NCBI GenBank assembly: GCA_965116925.1
Contig: OZ220744.1
Span: forward strand, 2,048,001 to 2,112,000
Origin: Candidatus Poribacteria bacterium
Lineage (GTDB): Bacteria; Poribacteria; WGA-4E; PCPOR2b
Direction of reading: 5' to 3'
Length of the DNA: 64,000 nucleotides
Shown: positions 28,761-39,705 of the stretch, one piece after another
Position numbering within the stretch: position 1 is the first letter of the stretch
Layout: the number at the start of each line of letters is the position of its first letter
Translations under genes and position numbers: made by a program
The notes under the pieces: model-generated
Told to the model about the DNA's origin: nothing
Databases searched by the model: none
The model's input: only the letters and a program-made list of their open reading frames with translations

Positions 28761-29579
28761 ATGAAGCAATATTTAGATGCATTGAAACAGATTATAGAAA
28801 CAGGTGTCGACCGTAGTGGGCGTAACGGTTCCACCCGTGCACTGTTCGGAATGCAGATGCGCTATAACATGGCAGACGGTTTTCCCGCTGTCACGACCAA
28901 AAAGCTGGCATTCAAGGTCATGAAAGCCGAACTTTTGGGGTTTTTGAGAGCCTACTCCGATGTCAAGAACTTCCAGAAATTGGGTTGTCATGTCTGGGAT
29001 GCCAATGCGGATGCGGATTACTGGAAACCGAGAGCGCGGTTCGAGGGCGATCTCGGACGAATTTACGGTGTGCAGTGGCGGTCTTGGCAGGCACCCGATG
29101 GACAAATTGTAGACCAGCTTGCTAATGCTATTGAAGGGATTAAAACGCAACCTTACAGCCGCCGCCATGTCGTAACAGCGTGGAATCCGGGTGAGTCAGA
29201 TCAGATGGCACTTGAACCGTGCCCCACACTTTTCCAATTTTTTGTGGCTGAAGGGAAGCTATCGCTTCAGTTGTATCAGCGAAGTTGTGATATGTTTCTT
29301 GGTGTGCCTTTCAATATTGCATCATACTCCCTGCTGCTGCACATGGTCGCGCAAATAACGGACTTGGTGCCGGGCGAGTTTATCCACACCTTGGGTGATG
29401 CACATATCTATCATATTCATTTCGAGCAGGTGGAAACACAGTTGCAGCGGGAACCGTTTGAACTGCCCGAACTTTATCTGAATCCGGAGGTAAAGTCGAT
29501 CGACGATTTCAAGATGCAAGACATCAAGCTGTGCGACTACAAACACCACGGCACGATTAAAGCACCAATGGCTGTATGA
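28761..29579 (+). CDS. thyA: Thymidylate synthase
   Basis: GRIYGVQWR, MALEPC, YQRSCDMFLGVPFNIASY. Confidence 0.95.
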   Translation: MKQYLDALKQIIETGVDRSGRNGSTRALFGMQMRYNMADGFPAVTTKKLAFKVMKAELLGFLRAYSDVKNFQKLGCHVWDANADADYWKPRARFEGDLGRIYGVQWRSWQAPDGQIVDQLANAIEGIKTQPYSRRHVVTAWNPGESDQMALEPCPTLFQFFVAEGKLSLQLYQRSCDMFLGVPFNIASYSLLLHMVAQITDLVPGEFIHTLGDAHIYHIHFEQVETQLQREPFELPELYLNPEVKSIDDFKMQDIKLCDYKHHGTIKAPMAV

Positions 29580-29591
29580 AAGAGCGTATAG

Positions 29592-30092
29592 ATGATTATC
29601 TCCATCATTGCGGGCATGGACAAAAATCGCCTAATTGGTCATGGCAACCGGTTGCCGTGGAGACTGCCAGCCGATATGAAACACTTCCGGCGATATACGT
29701 TGGGTAAGCCTGTGTTGATGGGGCGTAAAACCTTTGAATCCATTGGCAAACCGTTACCAAAGCGCACCAACATCATATTGACACACGACCGGGATTACCA
29801 AGCGGCGGGCTGCGTCGTGAGCCATTCCATTGAGGAAGCGTTGGATACGGCTAGCGGCTGCGGAGAAATCATGATAATTGGCGGTGCGTCAATTTATGAA
29901 CTGTTTTTGCCGCGGACAGATCGGCTTTATTTAACATATATCCACGATTGTTTTGAAGGCGATGTTTACTTTCCGGCATTTGACCTAGCGGACTGGCAAG
30001 AGATCAAACGGGTTGACTGCCAGCCGGACGAAAAAAACCCGCATCCATACAGCTTTCTCTTCCTGCACAGAAGGAGCGAAGATGCCCGATAA
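29592..30092 (+). CDS. folA: Dihydrofolate reductase
   Basis: LPWRLPADMKHF, MGRKTFESI, PLPKRTN, IIGG. Confidence 0.95.
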   Translation: MIISIIAGMDKNRLIGHGNRLPWRLPADMKHFRRYTLGKPVLMGRKTFESIGKPLPKRTNIILTHDRDYQAAGCVVSHSIEEALDTASGCGEIMIIGGASIYELFLPRTDRLYLTYIHDCFEGDVYFPAFDLADWQEIKRVDCQPDEKNPHPYSFLFLHRRSEDAR

Positions 30093-30741
30093 TCAGTTAA
30101 AGCTCTGTATGCTCTCCGGCTCTTTCGAGTACGACTCGGAAGCCTCGCTTGCCGTTTTCCAAGACTATATTGAGAAAAGTCATCCCGTCCAAGCAACACA
30201 GATTATTTATCAAAGTGAAGACGATGATCAATCCCTTGAACCGTTGCAGGACACGGATGTGCTGTTAGTATTCACGCGGCGGCTCAATACCACAGGTGCA
30301 GAACTTGACCGTTTCAAAGCGTATTGTGACGCAGGTAAACCCATCGTCGGGGTACGGACAGCAAGTCACGCTTACGAGAATTGGCTTGACTTTGACAAAG
30401 AGGTCCTTGGCGGAGACTATCAAGGGCATTATGGTGCCGGGATCATCGCCCACGCCGAAGTCAATCCACACGTAAAAGACCATCCCGTCTTACAAGGCAT
30501 CTCAAACTTCGACTCCTATGGTAGCCTTTACAAGAATCCCTCCATTGCAACCGATACCACATTGTTACTAACGGGAAAAACGGAAGAGCACACGGAACCG
30601 GTGGCATGGACGCGCAGCTATCGTGGTGGGCGCGTCTTCTACACCTCGCTCGGTCATCAGAGAGATTTTGAGATTGAGATGTTTTTGCGCCTGCTTGCAA
30701 ATGCGGTGCTTTGGGCGGGTGGTCAGTTGAATACGATGTAA
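30082..30741 (+). CDS. ThuA-like (class I glutamine amidotransferase-like) domain protein
   Basis: VGVRTASH, PVAWTR, GRVFYTSLGH. Confidence 0.8.
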   Translation: MPDNQLKLCMLSGSFEYDSEASLAVFQDYIEKSHPVQATQIIYQSEDDDQSLEPLQDTDVLLVFTRRLNTTGAELDRFKAYCDAGKPIVGVRTASHAYENWLDFDKEVLGGDYQGHYGAGIIAHAEVNPHVKDHPVLQGISNFDSYGSLYKNPSIATDTTLLLTGKTEEHTEPVAWTRSYRGGRVFYTSLGHQRDFEIEMFLRLLANAVLWAGGQLNTM

Positions 30742-30828
30742 TGCACAGCCAATAGTGCTAAATATCTTGATGAACAGCGAGAGCAATCGCTGCACAGAAC
30801 CAAATTGCAGCTAACGAAGGTAAAACCG

Positions 30829-31842
30829 ATGGAAAAGATTGATTACAGAGACTTTGACCGTGACATCTGGGAAAAGGAGTTGGAGGACTTTGTGCCTGCC
30901 GTGGTCTACGACATGCACACCCACATGTGGTCGGAGGCGCATAAAGGCACACTGACAGGTCCACCCACCGGGCTCCGTTGGGAGATTGACTATCAGGACC
31001 ATCTAGCGTGGGCGGCGAAATTGTATCCGGGACGTGAGATGCACTATCTTGTTTTGGGAACTCCGATGCCGGGCATGGATGCGGCGGGGCACAACGACTG
31101 GATGGCGGCAGAGATGGCGGCAGACCCACAATCGGAAGTCAACATGATGGTCACGCCGGAGATGGCGTCGGATTATGTCGCAGCGCAGGTCAAAAAACAC
31201 GATTTCTTTGGACTGAAACCGTATCGGACATTTGCACCGGATCCGGCAAACGCTCGCATCCGAGATTTCCTGCCCGAATCCTTTATTGAGGTCGCCCACG
31301 ACATGGGACTAGCGATTACCATGCACCTTGCCAAGAAAACAGGCCCGGCCGACCCCGAAAACATTAAAGATTTACAATACTACACGAAACAATATCCGCG
31401 AGCCCAATGGATTCTCGCGCATTGCGCTCGTGCCTTCAACGCATTTATGATGGAGGAGGCAATTCATATCCTCAAAGAGATGCCGAATATCTGGTACGAC
31501 ACATCAGCGGTGAACGACATCTACTCACACTTTCTATTGATGAAACATGAAGATCGCAAACGGGTTATGTTTGGATCAGACAATATCGTGGCGGGGTGTG
31601 CGCGTGGCAAGTATATCACTTATGGTCGTGCGTGGGAATATTATGGCGGTTTTCCAGATCTGCCACACTGCGATCCCACCCCCACGTTTGTGATTTATGA
31701 ACAGTTACGCCAAGAGCGGCAGGTAGCCGATATGCTTGGATTGACGCCCGGTGAGATTGAAGATCATTTTTCTGGAAATGCGATACAGTTCATCAAGCAG
31801 GTAAGAGCGGGACGTGACTGGGAAAAGGAAGGTAACCGATGA
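30829..31842 (+). CDS. Amidohydrolase_2 family protein
   Basis: DMHTH, GLKPY, ILAHC, YDTSA, MFGSD. Confidence 0.85.
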   Translation: MEKIDYRDFDRDIWEKELEDFVPAVVYDMHTHMWSEAHKGTLTGPPTGLRWEIDYQDHLAWAAKLYPGREMHYLVLGTPMPGMDAAGHNDWMAAEMAADPQSEVNMMVTPEMASDYVAAQVKKHDFFGLKPYRTFAPDPANARIRDFLPESFIEVAHDMGLAITMHLAKKTGPADPENIKDLQYYTKQYPRAQWILAHCARAFNAFMMEEAIHILKEMPNIWYDTSAVNDIYSHFLLMKHEDRKRVMFGSDNIVAGCARGKYITYGRAWEYYGGFPDLPHCDPTPTFVIYEQLRQERQVADMLGLTPGEIEDHFSGNAIQFIKQVRAGRDWEKEGNR

Positions 31843-32930
31843 AAAGAACACCACTCTATGAAATCCATCGTACACTTGGGTCAACGTTTACAAAGAGCCA
31901 TGAAGATTGGGAGTTGGTTGGACATTTTACCGATCCGCTTCAAGAACATCATGCTGTGAGACAGGATGTCGGTATCGTAGACCTCTCGCATCGTGGGAGG
32001 CTCCATCTTACAGGGACTGACCGAGCAGCATACCTCCACCGCATTATCTCTAATGATGTGGAAGGACTTTCGATTGGAGAGGGAAACTACGCAACCATTC
32101 TAACAAATCGTGGGAAGATCATCGCGGACATGAAAGTCTACGTTTTCGAGGAGTCTATCGGTATCGAGACCAACGCCGAAACGACATCAATCCTCTATCA
32201 GGAGCTAGACAAATATCTGATTGCCGACGACGTGACCATCGAAGACTTCACTGAGCGCACCGGTGCTGTTGGCATCCACGGACCAAAATCCGCTGAATTG
32301 CTTCAGGAGGTCTGTGGATTTGATGTTCGGAATCTCCCGGAATATCACAGCATTGTCGATGAAATTGACGGACGATGGATCGTCTGTGTTCGTGCCAACG
32401 AGACCGGCGAGGTTGGATACAATCTGTGCACCGCATCTGAATCGATGGAGTGGCTGTGGGATACTATCCTGACAAAAGGACGAGTCTTTGACACAGAGCC
32501 TGTAGGTTTAACCGCCTTGAACAGCCTCCGAATTGAAGCGGGTATCCCGCAATTCGGAGCAGAACTGGGCGATTCGATTTTCCCTGGGGAAGCGGAGTTG
32601 GAACAGGCAATTAGTTTTGAGAAAGGATGCTATATCGGTCAGGAGATTGTTGCGCGTATGAAGTATCGAGGGCACCCGAACCGTCTGCTCCGCGGATTTG
32701 AAATCGCGAGCGACACCCCACCCCAAAGCGGTGCCCGTCTCTTTGATGAAGATAAGGAGATAGGTTGGCTGACTAGTGCAGTTGTTTCACCCACGCTTGG
32801 AAAGACAATTGGGATGGGATATATCCGCGTCGCATTTACAGATGAAGGGAATCAGGTGGAAGTCGAAACAGCAGATAGTCGAGCGAACACCACGGTTAAG
32901 TTATTACCCTTTTATCAGTGTGATGCGTGA
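31839..32930 (+). CDS. GcvT/YgfZ folate-binding aminomethyltransferase family protein
   Basis: RTPLY, DLSHRG, LRIEAG, KGCYIGQE. Confidence 0.85.
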   Translation: MKRTPLYEIHRTLGSTFTKSHEDWELVGHFTDPLQEHHAVRQDVGIVDLSHRGRLHLTGTDRAAYLHRIISNDVEGLSIGEGNYATILTNRGKIIADMKVYVFEESIGIETNAETTSILYQELDKYLIADDVTIEDFTERTGAVGIHGPKSAELLQEVCGFDVRNLPEYHSIVDEIDGRWIVCVRANETGEVGYNLCTASESMEWLWDTILTKGRVFDTEPVGLTALNSLRIEAGIPQFGAELGDSIFPGEAELEQAISFEKGCYIGQEIVARMKYRGHPNRLLRGFEIASDTPPQSGARLFDEDKEIGWLTSAVVSPTLGKTIGMGYIRVAFTDEGNQVEVETADSRANTTVKLLPFYQCDA

Positions 32931-33100
32931 TTTTGAGGCTAGGTGGATTTCACATCGGAAGCCTCCGGGCCCAGACAAGATACCGCTTTGAAGTCACCTT
33001 TTGGTTTGACAAAGATATACCTTTTTGTTAAACTCTGTGCCAATTTGGAGCCAGTTGTCTCCGCGTCTACCGCGAAAACCCAAAGTGAGGGAAGAATAAT

Positions 33101-33373
33101 ATGACAGGAAACGATAAAAACCGTGCCTATTGGAAAAAGAACCTGCAATATCTTGGGACTTTATTGGCAGTATGGTTCATCGTCTCTTACGGCTGTGCTA
33201 TCCTGTTTGTCAACCAGCTCGACAAAATCAAAATTGGCGGTTTCCGTCTCGGTTTTTGGTTCGCACAACAAGGGTCGATTTATGTTTTTGTCGTGTTAAT
33301 TTTCATCTATGTTTGTTTGATGAACCGCCTTGATAAACAGCACCGTGCATCCGAAAAAGAGGGGGAAGAATGA
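33101..33373 (+). CDS. DUF4212 small membrane partner of a sodium:solute symporter
   Basis: YWKKNL, GFWFAQQGSI. Confidence 0.88.
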   Translation: MTGNDKNRAYWKKNLQYLGTLLAVWFIVSYGCAILFVNQLDKIKIGGFRLGFWFAQQGSIYVFVVLIFIYVCLMNRLDKQHRASEKEGEE

Positions 33374-35076
33374 GCGTACAGGCGTGGACATTTGTAATGG
33401 TAGGCTTATCCTTCGCAATCTATATTGGCGTAGCGATCTGGTCTCGGGCAAGTTCAACGGGGGAGTTCTATATTGCCGGTGCGGGTGTGCCTCCAGTTGT
33501 CAACGGCATGGCGACGGCAGCCGATTGGATGAGCGCTGCATCGTTTATTTCGATGGCAGGTCTGATCTCGTTCATGGGACGCGATGGCTCGGTCTATCTC
33601 ATGGGTTGGACGGGTGGCTATGTATTGCTAGCATTATTGTTGGCACCGTATTTGCGAAAGTTCGGGAAGTACACCGTGCCTGATTTTGTCGGTGACCGAT
33701 ACTACTCGCGGACAGCCCGTATTGTTGCGGTTATATGTGCGATTTTTGTGTCCTTCACGTATGTTGCAGGGCAGATGCGCGGTGTCGGCATCGTCTTTTC
33801 AAGGTTTCTGAACGTTGACATCACCTTGGGCGTGCTGATCGGCATGGGCATCGTGTTCTTTTACGCGGTGCTAGGTGGTATGAAGGGGATCACCTATACG
33901 CAGGTCGCACAATATTGTGTCCTCATCTTCGCTTTCCTGGTGCCCGCAATTTTCATATCGCTGTTGATGACAGGTAACATTATCCCGCAGCTCGGTTTTG
34001 GTGGAGTATTGGCAGACGGGTCTGGGGAATTCTTGCTTGACAGACTCAACGGATTAAGTCAAGAACTCGGTTTCGATACATACACCGATGGGCGTAAAGC
34101 GACAATTGATGTTTTCTGTATCACGGCGGCACTGATGGTCGGCACCGCTGGTCTGCCGCATGTGATTGTCCGCTTCTATACGGTGCCGAGGGTTTCTGCA
34201 GCGCGGAGTTCCGCGGGTTGGGCGCTGTTCTTTATTGCTATCCTTTATACAACCGCTCCTGCGGTGGCAGCATTCGCTCGAACCAATCTATTAAATACAG
34301 TTTCGGACGCAAAATACACAGAAGTTCCGGGCTGGTTCAAGAATTGGGAAACGACAGGACTTATCAAATTTGATGACAAGAATGAGGACGGTAGTATTCA
34401 GTATCGGGGGACACACTCGGAGACGGAAAATGAGTTGACGATCGATCGTGACATTATGGTGCTTGCGAACCCTGAAATCGCCAAGCTGCCGAATTGGGTT
34501 GTCGGATTGGTTGCCGCAGGTGGATTGGCGGCTGCGCTCTCAACAGCGGCGGGGTTGTTGTTAGTGATTTCAACGTCGATTGCCCACGACCTATTGAAGC
34601 GAGAGCTAGTCCAGGAGATTAGCGAGAAAGGTGAGTTAATTGCTGCGCGCATCGCAGCAGGTGTTGCCGTTTGTATTGCGGGCTATTTTGGTATCAATCC
34701 GCCCGGCTTCGTTGGACAGGTGGTTGCATTCGCATTCGGCTTGGCTGCTGCCTCATTCTTCCCGGCAATCATTATGGGTATTTTCTGGAAACGGATGAAC
34801 AACATCGGCGCGATCAGTGGCATGATTGTTGGCATTACCTTCACAGCATGTTATATCATTTTCTTTAAGTTCATCAGTCCTGAACTGAATGTTCCCGCGC
34901 ACTGGTTGTTCGGCATATCCCCAGAAGGCATCGGAACGCTTGGCATGGCACTCAACTTTTTGGTGTCAGTTCCCGTCTCTTTACTCACGGCACCACCACC
35001 GTCTGAAGTCCAAGAGCTTGTTGACAATATCCGCAGCCCTCAAGATGCAGGACCGCCCCACGAATTATCTGTTTGA
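33370..35076 (+). CDS. Sodium:solute symporter (ActP-like acetate/monocarboxylate permease)
   Basis: NGMATAADWMSAASFISMAG, GTAGLPHVIVRFYTV. Confidence 0.9.
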   Translation: MSVQAWTFVMVGLSFAIYIGVAIWSRASSTGEFYIAGAGVPPVVNGMATAADWMSAASFISMAGLISFMGRDGSVYLMGWTGGYVLLALLLAPYLRKFGKYTVPDFVGDRYYSRTARIVAVICAIFVSFTYVAGQMRGVGIVFSRFLNVDITLGVLIGMGIVFFYAVLGGMKGITYTQVAQYCVLIFAFLVPAIFISLLMTGNIIPQLGFGGVLADGSGEFLLDRLNGLSQELGFDTYTDGRKATIDVFCITAALMVGTAGLPHVIVRFYTVPRVSAARSSAGWALFFIAILYTTAPAVAAFARTNLLNTVSDAKYTEVPGWFKNWETTGLIKFDDKNEDGSIQYRGTHSETENELTIDRDIMVLANPEIAKLPNWVVGLVAAGGLAAALSTAAGLLLVISTSIAHDLLKRELVQEISEKGELIAARIAAGVAVCIAGYFGINPPGFVGQVVAFAFGLAAASFFPAIIMGIFWKRMNNIGAISGMIVGITFTACYIIFFKFISPELNVPAHWLFGISPEGIGTLGMALNFLVSVPVSLLTAPPPSEVQELVDNIRSPQDAGPPHELSV

Positions 35077-35287
35077 TTGACGTTTTTTTGCAAACGATCA
35101 CCGCTACTTTCGCCAATCCATCGGTTTTATACGGGAACCGAAATCTGGACGATTACAACAGAAAAACAGGAACGTGAATAGTCTCGTTTTCCCGTTCTCT
35201 CGTTTTCCCGTTTTCTTTCCCTGGTGTTTCTACGCCATTGCGACTTTGCGTTACATTTTGAGTCTGTTGGTTTAGATAAGGAAATCT

Positions 35288-36457
35288 ATGCTACCTTGGC
35301 TATCTTGGAATCGTAATTTTCGATTATTGGCAGTAGCCGTCTTCGGAGCTGGCATCTTTTTTGGCGTTAATTCTTCGCTTTTCCATAATTTTATAGTCGA
35401 GGAAATCGGCATTGAAGCCCATGAGTTGGGCTATATGGAATCACTACGAGAAGTCCCCGGTTTTCTTAACGCCCTCTTTATCGCAGTGACAGTCCTTTTG
35501 TCGCCGCCGTTGATTGGTGGAATCGCGCTGATTGTGATGGGATTCGGTTTAGCGTTATACTCGCAAGCAAACAGTTTTGCAGCGGTGCTTATCTATTCAT
35601 TTGTGTGGAGTATCGGGTTTCACGCATGGCTGCCGTTGCGAGGGACAATGTCAATCTTCTATTCAGAAGGAGAGGAGAAAGGAAAGTGGCTTGGTGGCTT
35701 GCGGAGCGTTGAAGGGCTTTCGATGCTAGCCGCAATTATCTTGTGCAAGTTGACCGTGGATGTGTTAGAATTTGGAGGTTTATTCCAAATTGGGGGTACA
35801 ATGGCTGCCATTGGAGGTATTGCCTTAATGTTCGCCTCACGTCAGTTGCAGACTGAGCGTGAAAATCGTTTTGTGTTGAGAAAACGCTACTGGCTCTATT
35901 ATCTGTTATCTTTTCTACAAGGTTGGCGCAGACAAATTTTCATGATCTTTGCCGTTTACACCCTTGTGAAAGTGCACGGCACCGATCGGGACACAATTAT
36001 CAAGCTCGTTTTGATTAATCAATTTGTTGTTTTGCTCTTTTCACCGTTGATGGGTTGGCTCGTGGATAAACTCGGTGAGCGCATTATGTTGAGCGCGAGC
36101 TATATCGGTTTAACTTTTATATTCGTTGGATACGCGCTGCTGAAAAACCCACATCATTTATACGTTCTCTACTGCCTTGATAACTTCCTGTTTGTCGGTG
36201 GAATCGCGATGACGACTTACGTGAACAAGATTGCATCCAGAAGCGACCTTAAGCCAACGCTGGCGATGGGCGTTACCATGAACCACATTTCAGCGGTGGG
36301 TGCCCCGTTAGTCGGGGGATTGGTATGGATGAAATTCGGCTACGAGATCATCTTTCTCAGTGGAGGGGCTGTCGCGTTTATCACGCTAATCGTCACGCAG
36401 TGGATGAAGACCCAGCCTTTACTCGCCGGTGCCGAACCGGAAGTGGCTGCAGATTAG
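35288..36457 (+). CDS. MFS transporter
   Basis: About 12 TM segments, GWLVDKLGER. Confidence 0.85.
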   Translation: MLPWLSWNRNFRLLAVAVFGAGIFFGVNSSLFHNFIVEEIGIEAHELGYMESLREVPGFLNALFIAVTVLLSPPLIGGIALIVMGFGLALYSQANSFAAVLIYSFVWSIGFHAWLPLRGTMSIFYSEGEEKGKWLGGLRSVEGLSMLAAIILCKLTVDVLEFGGLFQIGGTMAAIGGIALMFASRQLQTERENRFVLRKRYWLYYLLSFLQGWRRQIFMIFAVYTLVKVHGTDRDTIIKLVLINQFVVLLFSPLMGWLVDKLGERIMLSASYIGLTFIFVGYALLKNPHHLYVLYCLDNFLFVGGIAMTTYVNKIASRSDLKPTLAMGVTMNHISAVGAPLVGGLVWMKFGYEIIFLSGGAVAFITLIVTQWMKTQPLLAGAEPEVAAD

Positions 36458-36548
36458 AGCATACAACAATCGAGAAACTCCTATTTTATATATTACGTAA
36501 TATCACAATACGTTTTATCGATTTCAATTATTGTCTGGAGCATTTATA

Positions 36549-38825
36549 ATGTCTAAATCATTGGTTGTTGTTGAGTCTCCCGCGAAAGCGAAGACAATCA
36601 ACAAGTTACTTGGTCAAGATTACGTTGTGCGTTCTTCAGTGGGGCACATTCGTGATTTACCTGCGAAAAAGCTGGGTGTGGATGTTGAAAATGGGTTCTC
36701 TCCGGAATATATCACCATCCGGGGCAAAGGTGAAGTCATCAAGAAAATTCAGGCTGAGGCAAAAAAAACTGATGCGATCTACCTCGCTGCCGATCCTGAC
36801 CGAGAAGGTGAAGCGATCTGCTGGCATATTGCAGAAACGCTAAAGAGCGCGAAAAAGCCAATCTACCGGGTAACCTATAACGAGATTACCGAAGGTGCAA
36901 TCCGAGCGGCGATGGAGAATCCCGGTGAAATTGATCAGCGGCTGGTGGATTCCCAACAGGCTCGGCGTGTTTTGGATCGGTTGGTCGGCTATCAAATCAG
37001 CCCAATCTTATGGCGCAATGTGAAACCGGGGTTAAGTGCCGGAAGGGTGCAATCTGTCGCTGTGCGGCTTATATGTGAGCGGGAAGCGGAGATTGAAGCC
37101 TTTGTCCCCCAAGAGTATTGGACGATTACGGCGAATCTAACAGGGAAAATCCCACCGCCGCTTAATGCGAAGTTGCTCCAAATCGGATCGGAGAAGGGGA
37201 CTATAAGCACCTACGGCTTCCCCATTGATGAAGCACGGGCAGCAGCAATCGTCGAAGATGCAAGAACAAAACCATTTATTGTCAAAGACATCAAGAAACA
37301 GGAGCGTAAACGGAGACCTGTTCCGCCATTCATCACGAGTACGTTACAACAGGAAGCATCGCGCAAACTCCGGTTTACCGCCAAACGCACGATGTCGGCT
37401 GCCCAACAGCTGTATGAAGGGTTGAATGTGGGAACGGAGGGGGCGGTTGGTTTGATTACCTACATGCGGACTGATTCAACTCGCGTTGCGGAGGAAGCAC
37501 TCGAAGAAGCGCGAGAATACATCAGAAAAACTTACGGGGCAGACTATCTTCCGAAGAACGCTGTGCGTTACAGGAGCAAAGGGGGAGCGCAGGATGCACA
37601 CGAAGCGATTCGGCCAACTTCGGTTGAACGAACACCTCAATCCCTAAAAGCGTATCTTTCTCCGGAACAACATCGACTGTATGATCTGATTTGGAAACGG
37701 TTCGTCGCTAGTCAGATAAACCCCGCTATTTTGGATGTGACGACGATTGATATTTCCGCGGAGGAATATCTGTTCCGTGCAACCGGGTCAATCCTCAAGT
37801 TCGATGGATTCATGCGGCTCTACCGAGAAGGGCATGACGACAGCAGCACAGGATCTAACAGAGATGACGACACGGATGCAATTTTACCTGCGCTGGAAAT
37901 TGGCGAGCAGCTTGACCTGCGCAAACTGACGCCTAAACAGCACTATACGCAGCCACCACCTCGATATACCGAAGCGACCCTCGTTAAAGCATTGGAAGAG
38001 AAGGGAATCGGCCGTCCGAGTACGTATGCGGCAATTATCTCGACAATTCAAGATCGGGAGTATGTAGTCAAGGAGGAGCGGCGTTTTCAGCCGACGGATG
38101 TTGGGAAGTTAGTCAATCAGTTGTTGATTAAAGGATTCCCTGATATCCTCGATACGCAATTTACGGCAAAGATGGAAGATCAACTCGATGAGATTGCCGA
38201 AGGAAAATCAGACTGGGTAGGCGTTCTGAGTGCGTTTTATGCACCTTTTAATCATGCCTTAGAGGCGGCACCGGCTGTGATGAATGAAGCGCGTAAGGAT
38301 ATGGAGGAAGAGTCTGATGAAGTGTGCGAAAAGTGCAACAGCAAGATGATAATTAAGTGGGGGAGATATGGTCGTTTCCTCGGTTGTTCAAATTTTCCGG
38401 AGTGCCGGAACATCAAACGTCTAACAGAGGACGACACACCCCGCTCTGAAGAGGAGCCTACCGACGAAATCTGTGACAAATGTGGCAGTCCAATGGCAAT
38501 TAAAACCAGTCGTGCCGGTGGGAAATTCCTCGCGTGCACGGGGTATCCCAAGTGCAGAAATGCAAAGCCAATCAACATCGGTGTGGATTGCCCTGAGGCG
38601 GGCTGCGACGGTTATATCGGTGAGCGGCGCAGTAAACGCGGCAACGTCTTTTATGGTTGCAGCAACTATCCGAAATGTAATTTCGTTTCGTGGGATAAAC
38701 CGGTGAACAAGGAATGCCCAGAGTGCCAAGCACCGTTCCTCGTCGAAAAAGCAACGAAAACGAAGGGGCGTTACCTCGCTTGTAACGATAAAGAATGTGG
38801 TCACACGGAACCCTTGAACAGCTAA
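36549..38825 (+). CDS. topA: DNA topoisomerase I with C-terminal zinc ribbons
   Basis: VVESPAKAKTI, DPDREGEAI, SAGRVQS, LITYMRTDS, GIGRPSTYA. Confidence 0.97.
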   Translation: MSKSLVVVESPAKAKTINKLLGQDYVVRSSVGHIRDLPAKKLGVDVENGFSPEYITIRGKGEVIKKIQAEAKKTDAIYLAADPDREGEAICWHIAETLKSAKKPIYRVTYNEITEGAIRAAMENPGEIDQRLVDSQQARRVLDRLVGYQISPILWRNVKPGLSAGRVQSVAVRLICEREAEIEAFVPQEYWTITANLTGKIPPPLNAKLLQIGSEKGTISTYGFPIDEARAAAIVEDARTKPFIVKDIKKQERKRRPVPPFITSTLQQEASRKLRFTAKRTMSAAQQLYEGLNVGTEGAVGLITYMRTDSTRVAEEALEEAREYIRKTYGADYLPKNAVRYRSKGGAQDAHEAIRPTSVERTPQSLKAYLSPEQHRLYDLIWKRFVASQINPAILDVTTIDISAEEYLFRATGSILKFDGFMRLYREGHDDSSTGSNRDDDTDAILPALEIGEQLDLRKLTPKQHYTQPPPRYTEATLVKALEEKGIGRPSTYAAIISTIQDREYVVKEERRFQPTDVGKLVNQLLIKGFPDILDTQFTAKMEDQLDEIAEGKSDWVGVLSAFYAPFNHALEAAPAVMNEARKDMEEESDEVCEKCNSKMIIKWGRYGRFLGCSNFPECRNIKRLTEDDTPRSEEEPTDEICDKCGSPMAIKTSRAGGKFLACTGYPKCRNAKPINIGVDCPEAGCDGYIGERRSKRGNVFYGCSNYPKCNFVSWDKPVNKECPECQAPFLVEKATKTKGRYLACNDKECGHTEPLNS

Positions 38826-38886
38826 GGTGTTATGAGATATTCCCCAGTCAATCGCATTTAATAACGTAGAGGGTATTTTAATTGAA

Positions 38887-39543
38887 ATGATTCAGGTTTA
38901 CAACGTATCAATGAGTTATAAAGAGGACATTGAAGTCCTCCACGAGATTAACTTTGAGGTCAAAAAAGGGGAGTTTGTTTTTCTCGTTGGCACCAGTGGG
39001 GCAGGAAAAACAACGATTCTCCGACTCTTGTACCGGGAGCTAGTCCCCACCTCGGGACACATTGTCCTTGCGGGTCAAAATCTGTCCCAAATTTCTCGAT
39101 CGCAGATACCCTATCTGCGTCGAAGAATGGGCGTTATCTTTCAGGATTTCAAGCTGCTGCCGAATAAAACGGTTCAAGAAAACATTGCGCTTGCCATGAA
39201 AGTAACGGGAGCCAAGCGACCTCAGATTCGTCAGCAGGTCGATCAGCTCCTCCATCAGATGAGCTTGGTCCATCGGAAAGACGCACTGCCAGAGGACATT
39301 TCGGGCGGGGAGCAGCAACGTGTCGCAATCGCCCGGGCAATGGCAAACGACCCCGTGGTGCTCCTCGCTGATGAACCGACAGGGAATTTGGATCCAAAAC
39401 TGTCACTTGATATTATGCATTTCTTTGAGAATTTCAATTTCCGTGGGACAACAGTAATGGTTGCAACGCACGATCTCTCACTCGTCCAGCAACTCGGAAA
39501 GCGTGTGATACGTATTGAAGATGGTAGAAATGTTGAAGAGTGA
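38887..39543 (+). CDS. ftsE: Cell division ATP-binding protein FtsE
   Basis: GTSGAGKT, IPYLRRRMGVIFQDFKLL, SGGEQQRVAIARA, GTTVMVATHD. Confidence 0.85.
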   Translation: MIQVYNVSMSYKEDIEVLHEINFEVKKGEFVFLVGTSGAGKTTILRLLYRELVPTSGHIVLAGQNLSQISRSQIPYLRRRMGVIFQDFKLLPNKTVQENIALAMKVTGAKRPQIRQQVDQLLHQMSLVHRKDALPEDISGGEQQRVAIARAMANDPVVLLADEPTGNLDPKLSLDIMHFFENFNFRGTTVMVATHDLSLVQQLGKRVIRIEDGRNVEE

Positions 39544-39705
39544 TGATGCGTAAAAGGAGCAACACTCCCAGATCTGGCAAGTTAGTCTCTAAAGTTGGGT
39601 TCCAAGGTGCAGTTGCCCGCCATTTTGAAGACAGTTTACGCAAGCCAAGTATATAACCGCTGCAGCCAAATTGCCCGGATAGATTGGGATTCCGCTACGC
39701 TCAAC

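Noticed and set aside
28254..30092. dut-thyA-folA as phage auxiliary genes
   Set aside because: Ordinary host-type operon; no phage genes or integrase near either tRNA
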